Source: Solirubrobacteraceae bacterium (GTDB lineage: Bacteria; Actinomycetota; Thermoleophilia; Solirubrobacterales; Solirubrobacteraceae). From it: DNA of 52,213 bases. Location of the stretch: contig DATNLQ010000138.1 in the NCBI GenBank assembly GCA_035602785.1, positions 1-52,213 on the forward strand, written 5' to 3'. How positions within the stretch are numbered: the stretch's first letter is position 1; each line of letters begins with the position of its first letter. Both the position numbers and the translations under genes were made by a program. Below are positions 36,887 through 48,390 of the stretch, one piece after another. The notes under the pieces were generated by a model that did not search any database, had not been told where the DNA came from, and saw only the letters and a program-made list of their open reading frames with translations.

Positions 36887-38236
36887 CTAGAAGCCGATTT
36901 TCGCCTGGCCTTCCTGGGCGATTTTCAGGACGTTCTGTTTCGGTTCGGTGCTGATCGGCAGCGGCAGGTAGTCGCGGCCGAGCAGTGAGCTCTGTCCGGC
37001 GCCGAGCTCGTAGCCGAAGTATTCAGAGACCGTCTGAGCCTCTTCGGTCGACGTGCCCGGGAATTCGCCGAAGTGCTTCAGCGACAGGTCGTACGTGAAC
37101 CCACAGATCGTGTAGTTGGTCTGTTTGACCGCCGAGTTCACTTCGTTCCACAGTTCTTCGCTGGTCGGCGGCGGGAATTTCTTTTTCCCGTTGGTGTATT
37201 TCGTGCCTTCACAGTTGGAGTCTGCGGCTTTGTCTTCCGGACCGTTGCTAGCCGGATCGGCGACCGTGCCTTTGCCGTTTTCGATGTCAGCCCAGAACAG
37301 ACCGGTTTTAGGTCCGCCCGTACCCGGGCTTTCCGTGAAGCCAGGTGTACGAGCTTCAGCGATTACCACATAGCCGATCGTGCTTTCGGTGCTTTCCACC
37401 GTCGTGACGATACCGCTGCCTTTTTTCTCCTTCAGCAACGGATCGGCAGTTTCGTTGGGCCACGTCGTGTTCGGGTTTTCTTCGGCGATTTCGTTCCATG
37501 TCTCGTCTTTCGCCAACGGAGGATCCGTGGGCAGTGCTTTTTTGTTCACGAGGAACAGGTACTTCTTCAAGGTCGCTGTCGTACCTGAGCCATCGGCGCG
37601 GACAACACGGGTGATCAGGACTTTTTTGCCTTTTTCAATGATCGGGCATTTTTCGGTACCTTTGTTGAGAAATTTGTCACCGAAGTCTTTGATGGTTTTC
37701 CATTCTTTGGTTTTGCCTTCAAAGATACCCTCCAGCGTCGAGTTTTTCAACGACAGACGACCTGGCGTTGTCGTACTCGTCGCTTCGCAGCCTTTGGGCA
37801 GGTGGATCACGATCGCCACAGCAGCCTGCAGAACGGGGATCGTCAGCAGCGATTTCGTCGCTTTCGCCGTCGTGTCCTGAACTTCGATTTCTTCCTTCTG
37901 CGCGGCGTTCGGCGGCTGGTCGGTGCCCACGTACGCGTTCAACGCACTGAAGGTCCCTTTTTTGGCCCCCCCAGAGCCCCACGATTCCAGACCCGCGCCA
38001 CTGCCGCTGGGGTTGTATTCGTTCACATGCGACGGGCCACTGGGACACACGCTCCCATCAAAAGCCGGGACCCACAGCGTGTTCTGAGCGAGCTTCTGCA
38101 GCGAGGACCCCTGACCGCCGATGGTCGTGCCACCGCAGGTGCTCGCGCTCGCGCCTCCCGGCACAGCCAGCGAGACGAGCGCTGCCGCTGAGACGGCGCA
38201 GGCCGTCAGCAGGCGGCGCGCAGACAATGAGTTCAT
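36887..38236 (-). CDS. Secreted PstS/DING-like phosphate-binding-fold protein
   Basis: Sec signal ending ASA; motifs GQGSSLQ, SGSGAG, GTD, RADGSGTT, IGYV and Y.I..FTY. Confidence 0.82.
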   Translation of the reverse strand: MNSLSARRLLTACAVSAAALVSLAVPGGASASTCGGTTIGGQGSSLQKLAQNTLWVPAFDGSVCPSGPSHVNEYNPSGSGAGLESWGSGGAKKGTFSALNAYVGTDQPPNAAQKEEIEVQDTTAKATKSLLTIPVLQAAVAIVIHLPKGCEATSTTTPGRLSLKNSTLEGIFEGKTKEWKTIKDFGDKFLNKGTEKCPIIEKGKKVLITRVVRADGSGTTATLKKYLFLVNKKALPTDPPLAKDETWNEIAEENPNTTWPNETADPLLKEKKGSGIVTTVESTESTIGYVVIAEARTPGFTESPGTGGPKTGLFWADIENGKGTVADPASNGPEDKAADSNCEGTKYTNGKKKFPPPTSEELWNEVNSAVKQTNYTICGFTYDLSLKHFGEFPGTSTEEAQTVSEYFGYELGAGQSSLLGRDYLPLPISTEPKQNVLKIAQEGQAKIGF

Positions 38237-38402
38237 TACCTGACTACCTCCATGATGGATGGTTGATTGCCTCCCACGGGAAATCCGCTTCCCGTAGCGG
38301 TCAGGCTGTCAGGCACATTGGGCCCACGGGTTACCCGCGTGTTCCCAACGTGTGAAGATCCTGGTAGCGAAGCGAGGCCCGCACGTCGCCTGGACGGCCA
38401 AC

Positions 38403-38442
38403 GAGGGCCCGCACGCGCCACCTGGGCGCCGCGCGGGCCCTC
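38403..38442. terminator. Hairpin just downstream of the Ig-repeat gene
   Basis: gagggcccgc...gcgggccctc stem, 13 nt after the stop; no U-tract. Confidence 0.4.
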
Positions 38443-38455
38443 ATGAGGCCTTCTC

Positions 38456-41680
<3,225 letters not shown>

Positions 41681-41869
41681 GGAACTCCGTTCGTGTGGTT
41701 GTTCAGTGGTGGGAATGGGCGCGGAGCCCCTCGAGACAGGCCGGATCCGCGGGCACCTTGACCGACAGGCCACACATTTCACGCCGGAGCCAGGACATTG
41801 AAAATGAGCTTGACACCAGGCCTGGAGGATGTTGTTTTCAGTCTGTGAACGCGTGGCGAACGCCGCCGC

Positions 41870-44800
41870 TCACCACGGACCCCGTCGGCGAGAGATGCGG
41901 CGCTCGCTGCGCATCGTGTTCAGCGTGGCGGGAGCGACGCGCACCTCGCGGCCCCCGCGACGAGGCCGGCCGCGGCGCGCGGTGGCTCCGGCAAAGGCCG
42001 CGAGCACGATGATGCCGAGCAGGTAGGCGGGCACCGGCTCGTGTTCTGGGGCACGGTAGGCAACCGCCTGGTTGCTGACGGACTCGGTCGCCTCCTCCTC
42101 TTCTTCCTGATGTTCTGCGACCTCGATCGGCGAGGTGACCGCGGAGGTGCCGCTCGGCGGCGTCGGCCGCGCGGGCGAGGGAACCGGCAGCGGCACGAAC
42201 GCGGGCAGCGCAGCGACCGGGGGCGTCCCGGCTATGAACAGCGGCGGCGGGACGGGCCGCGGGACGGGCCGTGCCGGCGATGGCGCGGCGGGCAGCAGCG
42301 GCGGCGTCGGCGGGGGCGGCAGCGTGGCGGTCGGCCCCGGCGACACGGTGGGCGGGGGCGGCGGGGGCGGCGGGGGCGCAGGCACCGGCGTCTGCTGGCT
42401 GGTGGCCGGCTTGTTGATCGGCGTGGTGCCGCAGGGCCGCCGCACAGAGCCTTCCTCGACGGTCACCTTCAGCGACGCCGACAGTCCACCGGCTTCCAGC
42501 GTGACGGTCGTTTCACCCGCGTTGAACGCACAGAACAGACCGGACTCTTCGTCGGGTATCGGTTTTTCGTTTTCGAGCAGCACCGCGTTGGCGGATTCTT
42601 CGCTGGCGGCCGCGGTGTTGGGCTTGACGAAATTGCCGACTTCGGTGTTCGAGGATTTGAACTTGAATTCCGGCGGGATGATGCCATTGCAGGAGACTTC
42701 CACGCAGGTGTTGGCGTGGATCGGGATGTAATCGAAGCTGCGACTCCTGCCCTGCTCGCGCGAGGAGACCCCGCCGCCGCGCGGCCGGCGCGCGAGGCCG
42801 GCGAACAGGGAGGCGCTGCTGCGGCGCAGCAGCACTCCGCCTTTGGCTTCCAGCGAGAGTTCGCCGATGTCCGGGATCAGGCGGGCGGTGACGGTCACGA
42901 AGTTGCCTCTGCCAGGAGTCGGTTCGGGGACCTGCGCCAGCATGAAGCCGCTGTGCGCTTTGAAGCTCGCTTCTTCGGGCGATTTGACGATGTAGCCGAG
43001 GGTGCCCGAGCCGAACGTGGGGATTTCTTTGGATCCGGCGCTGAGCTTGCCGCTGACGTTTTCTTCGGGGGCGTCATAGAAGTAGGCGGACGCACCTCCT
43101 TCGACGATTGCATTCACGACTTGCCCGGCGTTGGCGTCTCCGGCGGCGGCCTGCGCGCCGAGGTTGGCGTTGCCGATCACGATCGCCGGTTCGTCAGGGA
43201 TTTCTACGCCGTGCACAGGTCCCTGTGCCTGGGCGGCGGAGGCCAGTTCCCCTTTCAGCCATTCCAGCTGTGCCGGGCCGACTTCGGTGGCGTCTTCGAG
43301 CACGATCACGCGGACGGGCCCTTTGCCTTCCCCCGCCTTTTCCGAGCGCACTTTTTCCGAGCGCAGCGAGTAGTAGCCCGGTTCCTGGTCGGCCGAGCAG
43401 AATTCCGTTTCCGGTTTCGGGGCGGAGCCGGCTTCCGCGAGCGAGAATTCGCCGCGGGTTTCCTTGCCTTTCGCCGCGCTGCGAAAGCCTTCGCCGAGGT
43501 CCTGGGCGAATTCGCAGGCGCTGCGGGCATCGCCTTCGCCCGGCGGCCCTTCGCGGTCGGTGGCCGAGGCGGCCACGAAGGCGGGGATCTTGCTCTGGCC
43601 CATCAGCGTCGCATAGCGCGCGAACTCGCGCGGATACGGCACGGGCGAGGTGCCATGCCCGAGCCCCGTGGTGAGCCGCGGGCCCGTGTAGACGAACGCC
43701 CGCACGCCTTCGATCGAGCCGGCCCGCTGCAGGGCCGAGGAGAGCCACACGTCGGGGCCTATGCCGGCGTTTTCGCGATCCGCGCACGGCGCTTCGCAGG
43801 CAGCGTTGCCGCCGATCGCGAAGGTCGCTTCGTTTTTGTGCACTTCCACCGTCGAGCTCGCCACGCCGGGCGGCGTGACCCCGGGTTCGGCCGGGTAGCG
43901 GGCGACTTCCGCGGTGTCGTGGGCGCCTGTGGAGGTGGCATTGTCGACGACGCCGCCGACCGCCCAACCCTGTTCGCCGCCCGGGCCGGTCAGCACCGCT
44001 GCGATCGGTTCGGGCTGATCGACCATGTCGTAGGATTTGTATTCGCCGACGGGGTCCTGGGCGGAGTCGAAGGTGTGCTCCTCGTCGCTCCATCCGTCGG
44101 CCGTCTGGCGGATGAGCGGGTCGCTGCCTTCTTCGGCCGCCAGCGGATACGCCGGCAGCAGGTCTTCGGGGTTGCCGGCCGGCGGCGCCACCTGGAAGTC
44201 GATGTTGCGAGTATCCGGCACCGAGCCCGCGCCGATCGCGCGTAGCGTGCCCCCTTCGCGGAACAGCGCGAGCGAGCTCGGCTCCGCCGCCGGATAGGGG
44301 ATCGCGGTCGGCTGCCACGACGAGCCCTGCGCGTTGCGCTCGACGACCAGCGGTTCACCCGTGACGGTTTCCGCCGAGAAGGCGGCGCCGCCGTCGGGCA
44401 GGCCGGCGACCGCCCAGGGCACACCTTCGGGGCCGATCGCTTCCGTGGCCCCCTGGTCGACGTGCCAGCCGGAGCCTTCGTTGACGAGCAGGCCGCCGGT
44501 GTAGAAGCCGTTGGAGCTGTTGACTTCGCCTGAGCGGTGGTGGGCGATGCGGAAGGCGACGATCGCCTCCGAGCCGGCGAACGCAACCGAGGTGAAGACC
44601 GCGCCGTCGACTTCCGGCGGCAGCGTTTCCTGGGTCCAGGTCTTGCCATAGCTCAGCAGCACCCCAGGTTCGCCCGCGACGCCGGGCTCGCCGACCGCAT
44701 AGCCGCGGCTCGGGTTGCCCGGTTCGAAGGCGATGCCGAGGATCGTGCCGCGGAAGTCGACCGGCGTCGCTGGGTCGGGTTCCCACAGACCCGTTTCCGC

Positions 44801-46525
44801 CCGCCACAGCCACATCGGCGCTGCTTCGCCGGCTTCGCCCGCCGCATATATGCGGTTCGGCGTCGGCCAGCTCACCGCGCGCAGGCGCGGGTGCTCGGGT
44901 CGACCGCTCGCAGACAGCAGGCTTTCCGGCTGCCAACCCTCGCCGGGTACGTAGCGCGCCACCTCCCCCTGGTCACCCACGGCGACCGCCTGGCTGGTCA
45001 GCGCCCCGACCGGCGCTTCCGGCTGGGACGCGATCGCCACCAGGGCGTCGTGGAAGGGCGCGGGGTAGGGCTGCAGGCGATCAGGAGCGGGTTCCTCGGT
45101 CACGTGCACGGGGAGCAGCTCGTTGCCCAGCCAACCCTCGCGCGGGTTGGAGAAGGCGGCGCCCAACGTCCCGCCCACGTCGTTGGGCGCTTCGGAGCTG
45201 CCCAGCGAGACAACGCGCCTGAATTCGGAGCCTTCCAGGCGCAGCGTGACCCCTTCGGCGAACCCCGTGATCACGCGCTGGCCGAACGGGCCGGAACCGC
45301 TCCAGGCGAAGCTGCGCGAGGGTCCGACGGGGAGCCCTTCACTGGCCAGCAGCGGCAGGCTGTAGGTGCATTCGCCACGACACCAGCTGGCCGTCACTTC
45401 GCCGCTGTCGCCCGCCCCACTGGGCTTGAAGAAGACCGTCGCGGAGATCGACCCTTCGGCTGTTTCCCCGTCGATCCACAGCCCTTCGGAGGTGACGGCG
45501 AGGACCTGCGCCCGCACGTGGTTGGGCGCCCCGGGGATCGCGAGCTGCTTGCCTTCGCCGCCGGAGCGCGGGATCGTCAGCACAGCGGCCGGCTTGGCGC
45601 CGGGCGCGGGCGCGACCGGCTGCCAGGTGGTCGGTTCGCCGGCCTGTCCTTCCTGGCGGCGGAACAGCGCGACGCCGCTGCTGGAGGAGGACAGCTGGGC
45701 GAGCAGCCACGCGTTGGCGGGCGAGCTCGCCCCGATCGCCAGCACGTGGAAGCCTTCCTGGGCCCCGCCGGGCACTTCGATCGGCTCGCGCGTCCATTCG
45801 CGGGTGGCGCCGCTCCAGTGCAGGACCCCGGTCTCGGTGGCGGACACCTGCGAGCTGACGGGGACCACGAGCGCGCCCGCGTGACCGTTTTCGTCGAGCG
45901 CCGCCAGCAGCGGCGCCCGGCCGCCGGAGACGAACAGTTCCTGGGCCGGCTGGCCTGCGGGCTTGAGCAGCGCCGGCGGGACCGGCGCGGTCTGACGGAA
46001 AGCGCCTTCGTCTTCGCCGGGATCGCGCACGAGCACGACCTGCGAATGGGCCTGGCCTTCCTTTTCGGGCGCGGCCGTGCCCACCAGCACCCCGTCGCCC
46101 GTGGCGTCCGTGGTGCCCGTCAGCGGGCTCGCGCTGTCGGGCCGGAATTCCGCCAGCGCCCCGCCGCTCGCGCCCTGCGCCGGCGGCGCCGACGACCAAC
46201 CGTTAGCGCGCGTGTAGCGCAGCACGCGCCACGCTTCGCTGTTCAACCGGCCGGCTTCGCCGATGCCCCACGTCTCGTCTTCGCCCGAGCCCACGCTGGG
46301 GTCTTCCGGCGAGGCGCCGAACACGATCATGTTGTGCGCCGGCACGGCGTCATCGGTTTGCGCGTACGGTTCGCCTTCGGCGCCCGCCGCTCCCGCCGCC
46401 CGCTGGACGCCGCCTACGCCTGGCCAGCCCGCCAGCAGAACCGCCGCGAGCGCGACAGCCAGCAGCGCGACGGCGCCGACACCCCGCCGGCCCAGCCGGC
46501 CTCGGCTCGCTCGAGCGGGCCTCAA
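41870..46525 (-). CDS. Very large surface protein: propeller-like repeats, degenerate metallophosphoesterase-like domain, Ig-like domain, Pro-rich stalk, C-terminal TM anchor
   Basis: N-terminal signal; Trp-containing blades (AVAVGDQG, GYAVGEPG, GWAVGG); Pro-rich segment ~42135-42390; YLLGIIVLAAFAGA followed by an Arg tail. TTG start overlaps the upstream TGA. Confidence 0.8.
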   Translation of the reverse strand: MRPARASRGRLGRRGVGAVALLAVALAAVLLAGWPGVGGVQRAAGAAGAEGEPYAQTDDAVPAHNMIVFGASPEDPSVGSGEDETWGIGEAGRLNSEAWRVLRYTRANGWSSAPPAQGASGGALAEFRPDSASPLTGTTDATGDGVLVGTAAPEKEGQAHSQVVLVRDPGEDEGAFRQTAPVPPALLKPAGQPAQELFVSGGRAPLLAALDENGHAGALVVPVSSQVSATETGVLHWSGATREWTREPIEVPGGAQEGFHVLAIGASSPANAWLLAQLSSSSSGVALFRRQEGQAGEPTTWQPVAPAPGAKPAAVLTIPRSGGEGKQLAIPGAPNHVRAQVLAVTSEGLWIDGETAEGSISATVFFKPSGAGDSGEVTASWCRGECTYSLPLLASEGLPVGPSRSFAWSGSGPFGQRVITGFAEGVTLRLEGSEFRRVVSLGSSEAPNDVGGTLGAAFSNPREGWLGNELLPVHVTEEPAPDRLQPYPAPFHDALVAIASQPEAPVGALTSQAVAVGDQGEVARYVPGEGWQPESLLSASGRPEHPRLRAVSWPTPNRIYAAGEAGEAAPMWLWRAETGLWEPDPATPVDFRGTILGIAFEPGNPSRGYAVGEPGVAGEPGVLLSYGKTWTQETLPPEVDGAVFTSVAFAGSEAIVAFRIAHHRSGEVNSSNGFYTGGLLVNEGSGWHVDQGATEAIGPEGVPWAVAGLPDGGAAFSAETVTGEPLVVERNAQGSSWQPTAIPYPAAEPSSLALFREGGTLRAIGAGSVPDTRNIDFQVAPPAGNPEDLLPAYPLAAEEGSDPLIRQTADGWSDEEHTFDSAQDPVGEYKSYDMVDQPEPIAAVLTGPGGEQGWAVGGVVDNATSTGAHDTAEVARYPAEPGVTPPGVASSTVEVHKNEATFAIGGNAACEAPCADRENAGIGPDVWLSSALQRAGSIEGVRAFVYTGPRLTTGLGHGTSPVPYPREFARYATLMGQSKIPAFVAASATDREGPPGEGDARSACEFAQDLGEGFRSAAKGKETRGEFSLAEAGSAPKPETEFCSADQEPGYYSLRSEKVRSEKAGEGKGPVRVIVLEDATEVGPAQLEWLKGELASAAQAQGPVHGVEIPDEPAIVIGNANLGAQAAAGDANAGQVVNAIVEGGASAYFYDAPEENVSGKLSAGSKEIPTFGSGTLGYIVKSPEEASFKAHSGFMLAQVPEPTPGRGNFVTVTARLIPDIGELSLEAKGGVLLRRSSASLFAGLARRPRGGGVSSREQGRSRSFDYIPIHANTCVEVSCNGIIPPEFKFKSSNTEVGNFVKPNTAAASEESANAVLLENEKPIPDEESGLFCAFNAGETTVTLEAGGLSASLKVTVEEGSVRRPCGTTPINKPATSQQTPVPAPPPPPPPPPTVSPGPTATLPPPPTPPLLPAAPSPARPVPRPVPPPLFIAGTPPVAALPAFVPLPVPSPARPTPPSGTSAVTSPIEVAEHQEEEEEATESVSNQAVAYRAPEHEPVPAYLLGIIVLAAFAGATARRGRPRRGGREVRVAPATLNTMRSERRISRRRGPW

Positions 46526-48390
46526 AGCAGCGCATCCAATCCCTGGAAGGTGTGCGTGCTCGGCAGCACGTGCAACCCGGTGGAGACCGTGTTGGTGCCC
46601 AGTTCCCTGGTGGAGGCGGTCGGCAGCGGGCCGAGCGCCCTGGTCTCCAAGATCAGCTTGTTGGGCCAGCGGTCGCGATCCAGGCGCAGCATCAGCTTGC
46701 GGTTGCCCGCCGCGAACGTGTGCGTGGAGGTGCTCGCGACCACGCGCGCATGGCGCTTGGCGACGACGCTGGCGACGAGGCGCACGCGAGCCTTGGTCGC
46801 CAGGTGGAAGCGCAGTTCGAGCGTCGTGCCGTGCACCAGTCGGGCGTGGATCGCCGACAGCAGCGGCACGGCGACGCGCGTTTCGTTGTGCAGTTCCACC
46901 GGCGGCAGCGTGATCGGCGGTGCTTCGCCGGGGGCGCCGGAGTCGTCGGGTGGCGGCGCGTCGGGGATCACCGGCGGCACACCGGTGTCTTCCGGCCTTT
47001 CGGTGATCAGCGGCTTGAAGGCGAAGCTCGTGTCTTCCGGCAGCTGGCGTTCCGTTTCCGTGGCCAGGTGGTAGAGCCAGCCCCCCGCCGTCGCCATCCA
47101 GCAGTCGTGAGCGGCAGGGCAGACGATCTGCGTGGCGGCGCCGGTGTGGCCCAGATGTTCGACGTCCGACACCGTGCCGTTGGCCTGCACGCGGGCGACG
47201 ATGGCTTCGGCCGTGGGGCTGGGGTGCTCTACCAGCTTGGACACCGCGATCCAGGCCGCATCGCTGCCGGGTTCCGCGGCGATCGCGTTGACGCCGTCAT
47301 CCGGGAAGGCGCTGGACCCGAGGGTCGGCGCGTTGGGGCCAATCAGCGGCGTCCACCTTTCCCCGCTCAGGCGATCGACGGTCACCTGCGCCGGCGCCGA
47401 GCCCTTGGGCGGCTTTTCTTCGTACGGCCCCGCCGCCGCCCACAGCGAGCCTTCGGCCGCCGACAGGTGCAGGAATTCGAGCGCATCGGGGAACTCTTCG
47501 CGAAAGACGGTTTCCTCTTTGCCTTCATTTTCGATCGTGACGAGCCCTTCGAAGTAGAGGTCCAGCGATTTGGGCGACAGCGAGGTGAAGGTCGGCTGCT
47601 GGCCGATCGGCGCGATCAGGTGCAGCACGGACGGTTCGCTGTTGTTGACGCCCGAGCCGGTGCCATCCGTGTTGAGGATGCGTACGCTCTCGTACAGGTG
47701 CCCTTCGAACGGGCTCATGTCCTCGATCGCGTGCCCTTCGCGCGGATACGGTTCGGCGCTCACCGAGCTGCCGTTCCAGTGCAGCTGGAAGGCTTCGTCG
47801 GGTTCGTCGGGCAGGGCCCCGCCGCCAAACCAGCAGTCGGATTCGGAGATGCAGCCGGCCGCGTTCATCGCCTGGTAGGAGTCCGCGCGGAACGCCAGCG
47901 AGGCGTAGGAGGTTTCGATCTTGCCGTTGTTGAAGTGACAGAGGGTGTTGTCCTCGAGCGGCGGCAGCACGCCGTGTTCGTTTGCCTGCTGACCCGGGCG
48001 CCCGTCGGACACCGTCCAGAAGTCGTTCGCGCCCGCCCACGCGATGCGCCCGTGCGTCGCTCCGCACTTGTTGGCCAGCTCGCGCCAGGAGTTGCCGTTG
48101 TAGACCCACACGCCCGGCGGGATCGTGGGACTCTCGCCGGCGGTGATGAGCAGGCCGCGGTTGGGAGCGTAGAACTCGATGTCGCCGATGCTGCCCAGCC
48201 CGATCGGCACCGGAGCCGGTTCCACACCCGGCGGCGGAGCCGGCGCGGACGGCTGTTCCAGGCGCCAGCTGGCGCTGCCGTCGTCGGCGAGCCCTTCTTC
48301 GGCAGCCGCCGCGGCGGCCGTCACGCCGAGCGCAGCGAGCGCAAGCAGCGCAGCCAGCAACACGGAGATCGACAGCGCGCGTGGGCTCAT
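46522..48390 (-). CDS. Secreted beta-propeller-like protein with Pro linker and basic C-terminal domain
   Basis: Signal peptide MSPRALS...AAAA; Cys-bracketed blades (CISESDCWFGG, CPAAHDCWMA). ATGA overlap with the upstream gene. Confidence 0.78.
   Translation of the reverse strand: MSPRALSISVLLAALLALAALGVTAAAAAAEEGLADDGSASWRLEQPSAPAPPPGVEPAPVPIGLGSIGDIEFYAPNRGLLITAGESPTIPPGVWVYNGNSWRELANKCGATHGRIAWAGANDFWTVSDGRPGQQANEHGVLPPLEDNTLCHFNNGKIETSYASLAFRADSYQAMNAAGCISESDCWFGGGALPDEPDEAFQLHWNGSSVSAEPYPREGHAIEDMSPFEGHLYESVRILNTDGTGSGVNNSEPSVLHLIAPIGQQPTFTSLSPKSLDLYFEGLVTIENEGKEETVFREEFPDALEFLHLSAAEGSLWAAAGPYEEKPPKGSAPAQVTVDRLSGERWTPLIGPNAPTLGSSAFPDDGVNAIAAEPGSDAAWIAVSKLVEHPSPTAEAIVARVQANGTVSDVEHLGHTGAATQIVCPAAHDCWMATAGGWLYHLATETERQLPEDTSFAFKPLITERPEDTGVPPVIPDAPPPDDSGAPGEAPPITLPPVELHNETRVAVPLLSAIHARLVHGTTLELRFHLATKARVRLVASVVAKRHARVVASTSTHTFAAGNRKLMLRLDRDRWPNKLILETRALGPLPTASTRELGTNTVSTGLHVLPSTHTFQGLDALL

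Noticed and set aside
36887..38236. Calling this gene pstS of a phosphate ABC transporter
   Set aside because: No permease or ATPase genes nearby and no lipoprotein anchor, so the symbol is withheld.
41870..42080. Possible sortase signal on the 1551-aa protein
   Set aside because: The TM and basic tail are present, but there is no LPXTG-like motif (EPVPAY) and no sortase in the window.
46480..46525. Twin-arginine signal (GRRGV) in the 1551-aa protein
   Set aside because: Lacks the RRxFL consensus; Arg pairs are common in high-GC signal peptides.
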